Under the pieces are notes generated by a model. It saw only the letters and a program-made list of their open reading frames with translations, was not told where the DNA came from and did not search any database. A stretch of DNA of 64,000 nucleotides from Candidatus Latescibacterota bacterium (lineage in GTDB: Bacteria > Latescibacterota > UBA2968). A program made the position numbers and the translations under genes. How positions within the stretch are numbered: position 1 is the first letter of the stretch; each line of letters begins with the position of its first letter. Where the stretch lies: positions 4,627,280-4,691,279 of the forward strand of contig OZ251458.1 in assembly GCA_965242535.1 (NCBI GenBank), written 5' to 3'. Positions 54,442-64,000 of this stretch are shown here, one piece after another.

Positions 54442-55497
54442 TTAAAACCCGAGTCCCACAGTCAGCCAGTGGTTGTCTTGAAAAAACTCGGTCATGCCGT
54501 AGGCGTAATCCACTTGAAAAGCCAGATCGCCCATGGGCACATTGAGGCCGAAGCCGAATGTCGGGCCGAGAATGTATACCTTCTTAAACCCGTTGGGCAG
54601 GGCGTCTCCGGTTGGCGAGGCCACGTACCCACCGCGCAACTGGAGCATCTGTTTGAGGGAATACTCGACGCCTGCTTGATACTCGTCGGTCGCCAGATTG
54701 TTGTTGCGGAAAGTCGCAGAAAAAGCGGCTCGGTTCATGGCATCGGCGTAGAAATCGTAGGAAAACCCGATTTCGATCGAGGTGGGCAACTCGGCAGATG
54801 CGAGCGACGTGCGGAAATTGCGCGACGTGGCTTGGGGATCGGCATTGGGGATCGCGTCTTGCAATCGGACCCCCCGCTCCAAGTCCGGGCCATCGAAGCG
54901 CAGGTCAGGGCCGAAGTTCCGCATGGCAATGCCCAGGGTCAACCCCTTCAGCGCGGTCTTGTACAAAAACCCAAAATCAAATGCCAAGCCATTGGCGACC
55001 TCGCGCTTGATGCCCTCGTGGATGTATTTGATCGTGCTGCCGAACGACACGCGATCGGTCAACAACTGCGAATACGTGAACGCCACGCAGGAAAACTTGG
55101 GCGACAGCACCTCGCCCGTGCCCTCGGGCGATTCCTCGGTGGTGACGACGATATCGCCCACCGAAAACACGCGCGCGCTGATCCCAACTGAAATATCGTC
55201 GCGCAGGCGCGTCGTGAGGGCGAAGTAGTTGAGATTCATATCGGCGATGTAATCGAGATACGAAAACACGACCTCGCGCTTGTGCGTGCCAAAAACCAAT
55301 CCCGAAGGATTCCACTGCAATGCCTCTGCGCCGCTGACATGGGCCAAAATCGCGCCGCCCAAGGCGGTCCCGCGCGACCCGATGGGAATCCGCAACTCCT
55401 GCGCCGCCGACGTGCCGATTCGGCTCTTATCGCCCGCGCGTGCCTCTGGCGCCACCAGGGCCAGCGCGGCGAACAGCAAAATGATCTGCTTAAACAT
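54442..55497 (-). CDS. PorV/PorQ-like outer-membrane beta-barrel protein
   Basis: Signal peptide, GTSAAQELRIPIGSRGTALGGA..ALQWNPSGL N-terminal motif, alternating beta-strand pattern, C-terminal F. Confidence 0.65.
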   Translation of the reverse strand: MFKQIILLFAALALVAPEARAGDKSRIGTSAAQELRIPIGSRGTALGGAILAHVSGAEALQWNPSGLVFGTHKREVVFSYLDYIADMNLNYFALTTRLRDDISVGISARVFSVGDIVVTTEESPEGTGEVLSPKFSCVAFTYSQLLTDRVSFGSTIKYIHEGIKREVANGLAFDFGFLYKTALKGLTLGIAMRNFGPDLRFDGPDLERGVRLQDAIPNADPQATSRNFRTSLASAELPTSIEIGFSYDFYADAMNRAAFSATFRNNNLATDEYQAGVEYSLKQMLQLRGGYVASPTGDALPNGFKKVYILGPTFGFGLNVPMGDLAFQVDYAYGMTEFFQDNHWLTVGLGF

Positions 55498-55512
55498 AAG
55501 TCATTCCTCCAT

Positions 55513-58500
55513 TTAGAACGAATTGAGGGCTTCGGATTCCATAAACACCGCGCATTTGATAAAATGCGTGCCGGCCGCCGCGTCAAAATGCGCGATGTAA
55601 ATGCCGCTCGAGACCAGCACGCCCTGATCGGTTTTCAGATCCCAGGTGTCGAACGACAAGCCGTTGTCGTGTCGAATCGTCCGGACCAAATCGCCCGACA
55701 GGCTGAAAATTCGGATCGTGCATTGCGCGGGGAGATTGGTAAAGCGCATCTGCCGCGCCAGCGAACTCAATTCATAAGACGACCGCCCCAAATACGGATT
55801 GGGCACGGCCAGAATTTTCGTCAAATCCTCTGTGGCCAATGTCTGTTCGTCTCGCAACACGCCCTGCGTATTGAATGAAAACACATCGTTGCTGCTGTTG
55901 ACGTGGTTGGCGTAGAGCAAAAACGAATCCCCATCTTGCGGGAACCGAGCGGCCTGCCTGCGCGCGGCAAACACGATGTACATAATCGGCGGCGGGGAAT
56001 CGTCGTTGATCAACCCCTGGGACAACTCCGCCACGTTGGAATCATCGCCCGGCTCGGTATAATCCCGGTCGAAGATGAACAACCACTCGCGCGGGCCGGA
56101 ACCGGTGAGATTGCTGATATCATTGTAATACGCCGGGCCATAAGCGCCGTTGACCAAGCCGCCTGGCAAGTTGTTTTCCAGCCACCCCACCTCGAGGCGG
56201 CGGTTGTTTTCCACATCCCAAGCCGAAAGGGCGATGGGGTTGCGCTCCTGATACACATAGACGCCCGGCCCTGCCGTATTGATGACGTAGCTGCTCCAGT
56301 CGTACGGGGCTTTGGTGGTCGTCTGGTCCGCAGGCGCAGGAGGAGGCGCGCCCGCACCGCGCAAATACCGATAGCCATAAGACACGTTGGGATTGGTCAA
56401 GTCGATGGGTTTGTACTGATCTTCCCCTTCGTCTTCAATCACGCTGGTAAAGCGCAATTCCACATTGACCAACCGCGACGGCGGCACGGTCGTCGGGCCA
56501 AACCAAAAATGGGCCACATCGCCGGTTATCGCGCCGTTAAAGCCCTCGGCGCCCCAGTTGGCACCTGCCCAGGTGTACCACCGCTCGCCCGATGGGATAT
56601 CCCAATCCTTCACGCCGAGCGGCGGGCCGGTCACGCGCACGAGCAACCCCTCGACGACCGGATTGGAAATGGCCTCGGTCAAGTCCGCGTGTTGTTCCAT
56701 ATCGGAAAGCACGGTTTGCCCGCTCGACAAATTGACCAGATCCCAAACCGTGCCCGCATCGGTCTCGCGGAAGCGCACCTCGTAAGACGCGCCGGTCACG
56801 CGCGTATCGTCGACCACCTGCACGGCCACGATGCCATCGCTCGAACCCTGCGTGTGCGCGACCGAGCTATCGACCCCCACGGTATTGTAGCGCGTGCCCG
56901 CCGTGGGCGAACGCGGCACGATGCCATGGGCGGGAATCAATTCGTCCGAAAGGGGCTTGAAGGTCATGCGCCCGTCTGCCAATGGCGCGATCGCCGTTTC
57001 TAGGGTTTTGGGCGACCGGCTCTCGTTGAGCGAATACGCCGTCACCGCAAAGAAATAGGTTTTGCCCGTGATCAGACGCCCGCCCAAAATTTTGTCATCG
57101 GTCAGTTCGATGTAGTGCCTAATGCCCGAGTCGCCGCCAAATTGCGCGGGCGAGTTGACCACCACGCCCGAGCCTTCGTCGAACTGATTGTCGAAAATAA
57201 TCGCGGATCCATTGATCACGTCATACGTCGCGAGGCGGCGCCACGGGCCGGCGACCGATTCGCCTTGGTACACGTTGTACCCCTCAAACGCATAGTCGCC
57301 GCTGGCAACTTCGGAATCCGCGCCCCAGGTCAACTGAATTTTGCCATTGCCCATGTGGTCGCCGGTCACGGCCACCTGCACTTTGGGCGCGGGCGGCGGC
57401 GAGGGCAATTCAAAATTGGCGTCAAAGGCCGACTGTGCAAACGTATCGTTAAACCGCGCCGCCGTAATCGACGTGAGGCGGTCTTGGCCTTGCCCCATGA
57501 TGATCGCGCCGACCACTTCCTGCGTGTCCCCAGGCGCGAACGTAAAGGGCCCCGCGGTGAGCATCAAGCGGCGGTCGGCCGGGTTTTCATCGTTCCAACC
57601 CGTGCCCGCCACCGGATCGCCATCGACCATAAACGCCTTGACCTGCCCGGTTATCGGGTCCGTGTGCAGGGTCACCGTGCCGTCTGCGTCGATGCCCTTC
57701 ATGTAGTTGTAGGTCTCTTCGGCGGTCTGCGGGTCCGTGCCGTTGATGTATTTGCTAAACGACGTCATGGGCAATTCCTCGCCATCGTCGCCGATCGGGC
57801 CTTTGAAAAAGTCGTAGCCCACGGCAGGGGGAGACCCGCCGTACTGCGAGTCCGTGTTCGACCCGTTGTAGCAAAACCCCAGACTCGTCTCCACGTCGCA
57901 CCCCACCAAATCGTTGTCGGCCTGCCCCAAGTCGGGATCGGACCACAGCGACACATACGTGCTGTCGATGGTGTTGCCGCCCTTGTTGATGATCAAAAAT
58001 TTGATGAACACCACATTGCCGAGCGGGCCGGTGCGGTTAAACGCAAAGGTCGTCTGCTGGATTTCGACGCCCAAGGGCGCGGTCTGCATGTTGGAGTGGG
58101 CGCCCGGGTCCGCGTCGTTGTACACGGTCCACAACATCTGATCGCCCAGGATCATCGGCGTGCCATCCGCGTTGACAGGCGCGCCGTCTTCGACCGGCCA
58201 CTGCGCGTAATCCGGGTTTTCCGGGCCATCGCCCCGGTTGATCTTGTACACGCGATAGCGTTCGCTTTCCGGGTCCGCAGGCGTGCCGTCGGGCAAAATG
58301 GGGCCGGGCTCGAACTCGAAGGAATACTCGGCGATCGCCACGCGAATCTGTCCATCGACTTTGCCGGCGATCCAGGGGCCGGCCGCAAAGACCGCGGTCT
58401 TGCCGGTGCCCTTGGGAAATTCGAGGCCCGAAGACCCGGTGCCCAAATCCCAGGCAAACGATCCCTGGTTGGTCACGAACATGGCGATGTTGTTGACATC

Positions 58501-58620
58501 GATCTGCTTGCCATTGTCGATCTTGCCCAACCGCGGCCTTTGATTGGGCGATTCGGCCCATGCGAGGCCGGCCGTGCCCACGGCCATCAAAGCCAGCGTC
58601 AAAATTCTCAAAACGTTCAT
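55513..58620 (-). CDS. Large secreted protein with T9SS-type C-terminal sorting domain
   Basis: Signal peptide MNVLRILTLALMAVGTAGLAWA. The last ~90 aa (AVPNPY..CTIRIFSLSGDLVRTI..WDLKTDQGVLVSSGIYIAHF) match the T9SS CTD / FlgD-Ig-like pattern. Confidence 0.65.
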   Translation of the reverse strand: MNVLRILTLALMAVGTAGLAWAESPNQRPRLGKIDNGKQIDVNNIAMFVTNQGSFAWDLGTGSSGLEFPKGTGKTAVFAAGPWIAGKVDGQIRVAIAEYSFEFEPGPILPDGTPADPESERYRVYKINRGDGPENPDYAQWPVEDGAPVNADGTPMILGDQMLWTVYNDADPGAHSNMQTAPLGVEIQQTTFAFNRTGPLGNVVFIKFLIINKGGNTIDSTYVSLWSDPDLGQADNDLVGCDVETSLGFCYNGSNTDSQYGGSPPAVGYDFFKGPIGDDGEELPMTSFSKYINGTDPQTAEETYNYMKGIDADGTVTLHTDPITGQVKAFMVDGDPVAGTGWNDENPADRRLMLTAGPFTFAPGDTQEVVGAIIMGQGQDRLTSITAARFNDTFAQSAFDANFELPSPPPAPKVQVAVTGDHMGNGKIQLTWGADSEVASGDYAFEGYNVYQGESVAGPWRRLATYDVINGSAIIFDNQFDEGSGVVVNSPAQFGGDSGIRHYIELTDDKILGGRLITGKTYFFAVTAYSLNESRSPKTLETAIAPLADGRMTFKPLSDELIPAHGIVPRSPTAGTRYNTVGVDSSVAHTQGSSDGIVAVQVVDDTRVTGASYEVRFRETDAGTVWDLVNLSSGQTVLSDMEQHADLTEAISNPVVEGLLVRVTGPPLGVKDWDIPSGERWYTWAGANWGAEGFNGAITGDVAHFWFGPTTVPPSRLVNVELRFTSVIEDEGEDQYKPIDLTNPNVSYGYRYLRGAGAPPPAPADQTTTKAPYDWSSYVINTAGPGVYVYQERNPIALSAWDVENNRRLEVGWLENNLPGGLVNGAYGPAYYNDISNLTGSGPREWLFIFDRDYTEPGDDSNVAELSQGLINDDSPPPIMYIVFAARRQAARFPQDGDSFLLYANHVNSSNDVFSFNTQGVLRDEQTLATEDLTKILAVPNPYLGRSSYELSSLARQMRFTNLPAQCTIRIFSLSGDLVRTIRHDNGLSFDTWDLKTDQGVLVSSGIYIAHFDAAAGTHFIKCAVFMESEALNSF

Positions 58621-58632
58621 CTCTACCTCCCT

Positions 58633-61551
58633 TTAGAAGCTGAGCGCGAGCCCAAAGCGCACTTGCCGCGGCGAGCCAAAGTTGCGCGGGTCTCGCTCTT
58701 TGAGCTTGTACTTGTCTTCGCCGAGTTGCCCGAATCGCCGCACGAAGTCGCGGCCCTCATCCGTGTTCAACCAGCCCGTGGTCGTCGCGCTCCCCGTGCC
58801 CGAATACACCGCCGATTCCGTGCCGCGGCCGTCTGTATCGCGGGCCGTCACATTGGCGCGATTCAACACATTGAGCACCCACACGTAGAAGTCGCCCTGA
58901 ATTTGGGCGATTTTGAACCGCTTGTTGGCCTTGAGATCGATGCGAAAGGTCCACGGGCCGTAGCTGGAATTGACCGAACCCGACGGGCGGGAAAACGTCG
59001 CCAAGGTGGTCACTTCGTTAAACGTGAAGGTGGGCGTATAGGGAAAGCCACTCCCGGCGGTGATCAGCACATTGACCCCCGCGTTGGACAGGGGGCGACC
59101 GCCCATCAGCATCGGCCCGTCGCGATCGGCAAAGCGATAATCCACGGACGCGGAAATGTTGTGGCGTTGATCGAAGTCGAGCGGCGAAGTCGATTTGGGC
59201 GGCTCGTTCAAGCCGGGCTGGAAGGTCCACGCGATCTGCCGCTGGGTTTGCGGCGTGGATCCCGTGCCCGTGGCATAGGCGAGCGAGTAGGAGATGCGCG
59301 CGGTGGTGCGCCCCTTGCGCCGCATCAAAAAGCCGATGTCCAAGCCCTTGATCGTGCCGTAGTCGCGGTTGCGGAACGAGGAAAAGGCCGTGGGATTGGA
59401 CGGAATCGTCGCCACCTGAACGAGGTTTCCCACGGCTTTGTAATACGCGGTCACATCCACGCTGGCGTGCCCGCCCACCTGTTGCACCAAGCCCACTTCG
59501 TACGCCGTGGTCTTTTCCGGCTTGAGGTTGGGGTTGCCAAAAGCGTAGTAATACCCGCCGAGCGGCGCTTTGTATTCGAGGTAATCCAGCCCCACGTACA
59601 GGTCTTCCAACTTGGGTTGCTGGTAAAAAATGCCGTAGTTCATGTGGAAGACGGTCTTGTCCGTCACCGGAAAGCCAACGCCCAAGCGCGGGCTGATTTT
59701 GTGGTACACGCTGTTGCCCGCCAAGTCCTGCGGATCCAGCGTGGAGTCGCCCCCCAAGGGCACGGATTCGTTGGACAACACATCGGTGCGCGCATTCAAA
59801 TAATCGTAGCGCACGCCTGCGTTGATGATCAACCCGTCGTATTCCATCTTGTCCTGCACGTAAAAGGACGCCAAAATGGGTTGCTTTTTGGCGTCTCGGG
59901 TCGAATCCAACGGCTCGAGCACTTCGGCGTTCCAATCGTACTGATAGCCGTAGCGATCCGTATCTTGGAACCCGCCCCGGTCGTCCTTATCGACATACGG
60001 GCCGCGAAAGGTCAAGATCGGGGTCAGATGCCGAAAATAGCGCAAGCGGTGCATCTGGAGGTCGAAGCCCAGCTTAAACTGGTGGTTGCGGCTGATCTGG
60101 CTGGTCAAATCGAAATCTATCGGCGTGAGGTAAAACGAACTGCTCTGCTCGTAATTGTCATACACGCGCCCCTCATCGCCTTCGAAATACGTCACGGAGC
60201 GGCCGTTGATCGTTTCGGTCGTGGACGTGATTTGCGTGGAATCCACATCCCCACGGGCGAACAAATTCTCCGCGTCAAAGCGCGGATTGCCCTGCGGCCG
60301 CGAATAATCGTTCAAGTTGTCGAAATAAACCCCGTCGCCCGCCTTGAAGTTCTGGTCGAAAATGCTCGCTTGATAGGTGAAGAAGGTCTTTGCACCGAGC
60401 GTATAGGTGATGCGCGCAAACGCCGAGTTGTTGTCTCTCGTCACGCGCGGGGAGTGCCGCAAATTGTAGCGGTACGTGTGGACATAGCTCTCGCGGTCGG
60501 TCATCGACCCCACGACGCCTGCCTTAAACCCCACGGTCTCCGAAAGCCGATACGCCAACTTGGCCTGCCATGCCCATCGGTTGAGCGCGTAGTGCGGCAA
60601 AATGCCGTCGCTGAGCAAGTCGTACTCTTCTTCGGACAACAACTCGCGTTCCCACTCGTGGGCTTCCACCCCCCAGCGCGGGCTGCGGTCGAGGCGGTCG
60701 AGACGCTCGGCAGAGACGAAAAACGAGAGTCGATCCGATCCGGGCGCCAGTGGCCCGCCCAGTGTCGCATCCACATTATTGTAACCAAAAGAAGGCGCGC
60801 CTGCCCAACTGCGGTCGTTCAGCTCATCGGTGATGTATTCCACGGACCCCGAATACTTTTGCCCGCCTTCGCGCGTCACCACCTTGACGACGCCCGACAT
60901 CACGCGGCCGTACTCGGCTTCAAACCCGCCGACGATCACGGACACCTGATCGATGGCGCCATTGCTCAGGGCCGTGGTCGAGGTGCCGAATTGCAAATCT
61001 TTCTGCGACACGCCATCGACGATGTAATCGATTTCGGAATACCGCCCGCCGCGGATGTGCAATTCGCCGCCCAAACTCGTCACCCCCGATTGCAACGACG
61101 TGGCCGCCGCGTACCCGCGGATCGGCATGTATTCGAGCTCTTCACTCGTGACCAGACGCAGCGAACTCGTGTTGTCCTTTTGCACGAGCGGACGCACGGC
61201 CACCACCTCGAGCACATCGGCTTCCAATGCCTGCGCCGCCAGCTCGAAATCGACTTCGGTGGTCAAATCGGGCAACACTTGGATGCCCTTGATCACCACG
61301 TCTCGATACCCGATAAAACTGCACTTGAGGCTGTACGTGCCCGCCGGCACATTCAAAATGGCAAAATGGCCCTCGGCATCGGATGTCGATCCAAAGACGC
61401 TGGGCATGTCCAAAATCACCACATTGGCCCCGGGCACTGCGCCGTTGCCGTCTTTGTCGGTAATCTGACCCGCAATTTTGCCCGTGACTCCGGCCAGTGC
61501 CGACGCGGGCAAACACAACATCGCAAGAAATGCGATCATCCATCTCATCAT
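58633..61551 (-). CDS. TonB-dependent receptor with N-terminal carboxypeptidase-regulatory-like domain
   Basis: GKIAGQITDKDGNGAVPGANVVI (CarboxypepD_reg-like), plug region, long beta-barrel, terminal LSF. AGGAGG RBS. Confidence 0.85.
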   Translation of the reverse strand: MMRWMIAFLAMLCLPASALAGVTGKIAGQITDKDGNGAVPGANVVILDMPSVFGSTSDAEGHFAILNVPAGTYSLKCSFIGYRDVVIKGIQVLPDLTTEVDFELAAQALEADVLEVVAVRPLVQKDNTSSLRLVTSEELEYMPIRGYAAATSLQSGVTSLGGELHIRGGRYSEIDYIVDGVSQKDLQFGTSTTALSNGAIDQVSVIVGGFEAEYGRVMSGVVKVVTREGGQKYSGSVEYITDELNDRSWAGAPSFGYNNVDATLGGPLAPGSDRLSFFVSAERLDRLDRSPRWGVEAHEWERELLSEEEYDLLSDGILPHYALNRWAWQAKLAYRLSETVGFKAGVVGSMTDRESYVHTYRYNLRHSPRVTRDNNSAFARITYTLGAKTFFTYQASIFDQNFKAGDGVYFDNLNDYSRPQGNPRFDAENLFARGDVDSTQITSTTETINGRSVTYFEGDEGRVYDNYEQSSSFYLTPIDFDLTSQISRNHQFKLGFDLQMHRLRYFRHLTPILTFRGPYVDKDDRGGFQDTDRYGYQYDWNAEVLEPLDSTRDAKKQPILASFYVQDKMEYDGLIINAGVRYDYLNARTDVLSNESVPLGGDSTLDPQDLAGNSVYHKISPRLGVGFPVTDKTVFHMNYGIFYQQPKLEDLYVGLDYLEYKAPLGGYYYAFGNPNLKPEKTTAYEVGLVQQVGGHASVDVTAYYKAVGNLVQVATIPSNPTAFSSFRNRDYGTIKGLDIGFLMRRKGRTTARISYSLAYATGTGSTPQTQRQIAWTFQPGLNEPPKSTSPLDFDQRHNISASVDYRFADRDGPMLMGGRPLSNAGVNVLITAGSGFPYTPTFTFNEVTTLATFSRPSGSVNSSYGPWTFRIDLKANKRFKIAQIQGDFYVWVLNVLNRANVTARDTDGRGTESAVYSGTGSATTTGWLNTDEGRDFVRRFGQLGEDKYKLKERDPRNFGSPRQVRFGLALSF

Positions 61552-61753
61552 GACTTCCCTCCTCTTTCTAAAAGAGTGCCCTGAAACTCGTTCGAGAATC
61601 GGGCTGAAAGACGCTCGCGCGCCTTTGGTTCACTTCCCCGGCCAAATACCCATTCTCCCTCGATATATGGCATCACCTCCTCTATTGATCTCCCATTCGG
61701 ACGGGAAACGTCCCTGCGTTTCGCGGCAAAAGCCCAAATCGCGGTCTGTTCTG

Positions 61754-62014
61754 TCAATCGATTTTCAACAAGATCGTGACAATGGTTGAAATCCACGCGA
61801 TAAACATAAGGCCAATGAGCCAGCGAAATGCCTTATGCATGTGCTCTTCAACCCTCGTAATGCGATCTTCAACCCTCGTAATGCGATCTTCAACCCTCGC
61901 AATATAGGTTTTGATCTCGACAAGGGTTTGCGTGTGCTGTTCGGCTATGGCTTCGAGCCTCGCCAGCCTTTCGTTGGTGGCGGCTCGTGCCGGATCGATG
62001 ATGGGGATAGACAT
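61754..62014 (-). CDS. Small coiled-coil, C-terminally anchored membrane protein (paralog 1)
   Basis: MSIPIIDPARAATNERLARLEAIAEQHTQTLVEIKTYIARVEDRITRVEDRITRVEEHMHKAFRWLIGLMFIAWISTIVTILLKID. Contains 21-bp tandem repeats. Confidence 0.55.
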   Translation of the reverse strand: MSIPIIDPARAATNERLARLEAIAEQHTQTLVEIKTYIARVEDRITRVEDRITRVEEHMHKAFRWLIGLMFIAWISTIVTILLKID

Positions 62015-62116
62015 TGGGATTCTTTTCGCGGTGGTTGGTGTCGTGTTGGTGGTTGAAACGAACAATCGCAACGATCTGTAAATTGACGACGTTAGCCCGA
62101 GTTGCGGTCTGTTGCG

Positions 62117-62335
62117 TCAATCGACTTTCAACAAAATCGTGACGATCGTCGAAATCCACGCGATAAACATAAGGCCAATGATCCAGCGGAAAGATTTATG
62201 CATGTGCTCTTCAACCCTTGCAATATAGGTTTTGATCTCGACAAGGGTTTGCGTGTGCTGTTCGGCTATGGCTTCGAGCCTCGCCAATCTTTCGTTGGTG
62301 GAGGCTTGTGCCGGATCGATGATGGGAATAGACAT
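62117..62335 (-). CDS. Small coiled-coil, C-terminally anchored membrane protein (paralog 2)
   Basis: MSIPIIDPAQASTNERLARLEAIAEQHTQTLVEIKTYIARVEEHMHKSFRWIIGLMFIAWISTIVTILLKVD. GGAGAAAGGAA lies upstream. Confidence 0.55.
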   Translation of the reverse strand: MSIPIIDPAQASTNERLARLEAIAEQHTQTLVEIKTYIARVEEHMHKSFRWIIGLMFIAWISTIVTILLKVD

Positions 62336-62351
62336 GGGATTCCTTTCTCCG

Positions 62352-62948
62352 CTAAAACGCTTGCCGAATCTCGCCTGCGGGAAACTCGACTTTGGCATAA
62401 ATATCGCGCAAATGCAACGCGCAATCAAGCGAAACGAAATTGAGGCTATCGTCTCGCGCGCTAAATTCGGTCAAAAGCCACTTTGTCCCTTGCCGAAGAT
62501 AGTGCTCGACGCGAACGCAATTTTGTGCGATGAGAACGTATTCTTTTAGGGATGCGACTTGGCGATAGTGCGCGAATTTCTCCCCGCGATCATACCCCTC
62601 TGTCGAAGGCGAGAGCACTTCCACCAGAACGGTCGGATTGAGGAGGGTGTCGAGGTCCTCATTCTCAAAGCGCGGTTCACCACAGACAACCACGACATCC
62701 GGGTACGTGTACAGCCCTGTGGGGCGAACCTTCACGCGCATATCGCTAGCATAGACTTCGCAAGTTCGCGTGCTCAACTGAACGTGAAGCCCGCTCGATG
62801 TATTGCCCGTGATGAGATTGTGTGCCCGACTCGCCCCGGCCATCGCATAGATCTGACCGTTGAGGTATTCGCTTTTGGTCGTCGCATCGCGCTCCAAAAC
62901 GAGATACGCCTCGGGCGTTAGGTGGGGCTTTACGGCAACAGATGTCAT
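62352..62948 (-). CDS. Uma2 family (DUF820) endonuclease
   Basis: TPEAYLVLERDATTKSEYLNGQIYAMAG, YPDVVVVCG, LLNPTVLVEVLSPST..DRGEKFAHYRQV..LKEYVLI. ATG at 62948 after GAGG. Confidence 0.85.
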   Translation of the reverse strand: MTSVAVKPHLTPEAYLVLERDATTKSEYLNGQIYAMAGASRAHNLITGNTSSGLHVQLSTRTCEVYASDMRVKVRPTGLYTYPDVVVVCGEPRFENEDLDTLLNPTVLVEVLSPSTEGYDRGEKFAHYRQVASLKEYVLIAQNCVRVEHYLRQGTKWLLTEFSARDDSLNFVSLDCALHLRDIYAKVEFPAGEIRQAF

Positions 62949-62962
62949 GGTGACCTCGCATC

Positions 62963-64000
62963 TCACAGCGCGGACAGCGAGACGCCGCGATGGATGGGTT
63001 TGCCTTTTGAGCGGCGCACCTGAATGAGTTCGGACGCGATGCTCACCGCGATTTCTTCGGGCGTATCCGCACCGATATCCAACCCGATCGGCGCGTGAAC
63101 CGCGTCTAATTTCTCTCGCGGAATGCCCTTGGCCTCGAGGTCTTTCCACATCAGCGCGATCTTGCGCCTGCTACCGATCATGCCGATGTACGCCGCATCC
63201 GTCTTGACGGCCTGCTCGATGACCGGCTTGTCGTGCTGATGCCCGCGCGTCACCGCCACCACATAAGACAAATCGTCGATTGCCAAGTGGTCAAACGCCG
63301 TCTCCATCGCCAGCGTCAAGGTCTCGCTCGCCATGGGAAACCGCTCTTTGTTGGCAAACATGGGCCGGTCGTCGATCACCACGATCCGAAACCCGACCGA
63401 CTGCGCGATCTGCGCGATGGCAAACGAGACGTGCCCCCCGCCGAATAAAAACAGCGTGGGTTCCGGGCAGATCGATTCCAAAAAGACCACGACGGGTTCT
63501 GTACCTATCGCTATGACCTCGAGCAAATCTTCGGGAATCGCCTCGAGGGCCGCCATTTTTTCGCGCACGCGCGCCTCGGCTTTTGCATGCCCCAACCCAC
63601 CCGCGCTCCTGCCGTCGGGATGGAGCAATAATTTCGCGCCGATCCGTCCGCCGCCCGAAACCAGCGTTGCCAACACCGCCGAACCGCGTGCTTTGCGAAC
63701 CCGCGCTATCGCGTCGAGCATCTCATCGGCGCGCCCGGGCAACAAAGGCTCGGTAAAAATTTCGACATTGCCCCCGCAGTTGAGACCGTTCTCGCCCGCG
63801 TGTTTTTCCGTCAAAATAAACTCCTGCAAGGTCGGCGTCTCCGTTTCCATCACCTGCCGCGCTTCGGCCCACACATCCGCCTCCAAACAACCCCCGCCCA
63901 CCGTGCCCACCATTTTGCCATCGGGACGCACGAGCATCTTGGCCTTCTTGCTCATCGGCAACGATCCCTTGCTCGACACAATCGTCGATAACGCCGCTTT
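62963..64000 (-). CDS. XdhC/CoxI family accessory protein (5' end beyond the window)
   Basis: GAKMLV-type N-terminus (KKAKMLVRPDGKMVGTVGGGCLE) and NAD-like FLFGGGHVSFAIAQIAQSVGFRIVVID. The reading frame stays open to position 64000 (..AALSTIVSSKGSLP). Confidence 0.8.
   Translation of the reverse strand, partial: KAALSTIVSSKGSLPMSKKAKMLVRPDGKMVGTVGGGCLEADVWAEARQVMETETPTLQEFILTEKHAGENGLNCGGNVEIFTEPLLPGRADEMLDAIARVRKARGSAVLATLVSGGGRIGAKLLLHPDGRSAGGLGHAKAEARVREKMAALEAIPEDLLEVIAIGTEPVVVFLESICPEPTLFLFGGGHVSFAIAQIAQSVGFRIVVIDDRPMFANKERFPMASETLTLAMETAFDHLAIDDLSYVVAVTRGHQHDKPVIEQAVKTDAAYIGMIGSRRKIALMWKDLEAKGIPREKLDAVHAPIGLDIGADTPEEIAVSIASELIQVRRSKGKPIHRGVSLSAL

Noticed and set aside
57115-61584. 1489-aa plus-strand ORF.
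   Set aside because: It is antisense to the TonB-dependent receptor and the T9SS-cargo genes, which have signal peptides, an RBS and family motifs. Its composition is R/G/A/V-rich low complexity.
62352-63149. 67-codon 5' extension of the Uma2 ORF.
   Set aside because: The extension is arginine-rich and overlaps the end of the XdhC-like gene. The ATG at 62948, preceded by GAGG, gives the standard Uma2 N-terminus.
1-64000. rRNA or tRNA genes, integrase or transposase genes, prophage structural genes.
   Set aside because: None were recognised in any intergenic region or ORF. Absence is based on visual inspection only; tRNAscan-SE or Infernal should confirm it.

Overview
This is a GC-rich bacterial chromosomal segment. 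I saw no rRNA, tRNA, CRISPR array, integrase or transposase gene. All domain calls come from motif recognition by eye; no search was run, and GC statements are visual impressions.

Backbone genes: smc, moaA, a BCCT osmolyte transporter, purE, purD, pyrH, dprA, pspA, an XdhC-like gene, a sulfatase, four Gfo/Idh/MocA oxidoreductases, an acetolactate-synthase-like TPP enzyme and an amidohydrolase_2. An outer-membrane trio (TonB-dependent receptor, 1035-aa cargo with a T9SS-type C-terminal domain, PorV-like porin) suggests an FCB-superphylum-like uncultured lineage.

Accessory content:
1. A very dense REP/REPIN-like repeat family (GTAG plus an 8-bp-stem hairpin). It includes two co-oriented BIME-like tandem arrays that bracket the BCCT gene, and many solo or composite copies fused to a CTCCCGT heptamer microsatellite.
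2. A ~405-bp MITE with two intact copies (15-bp TIRs, 5-bp TSD) and one relic.
3. An AT-richer three-gene R-M-like cassette: a permuted MTase fused to a ComEA-type HhH domain, a protein with two degenerate LAGLIDADG-like motifs, and a PD-(D/E)xK protein.
4. A ~13-kb defence island (33.3-46.2 kb). It holds a Gabija pair (gajA/gajB) inside a co-directional gene string with three unclassified genes, a decayed type I R-M locus with an intact Fic gene, and a divergent pair made of an ABC-type ATPase and a small nuclease-like protein.
5. A 1982-aa modular surface protein preceded by a 22-nt homopolymer tract.

The best candidates for an undescribed system are the two unclassified gene pairs next to Gabija (35494-36878 and 44263-46220) and the three-gene R-M-like cassette.
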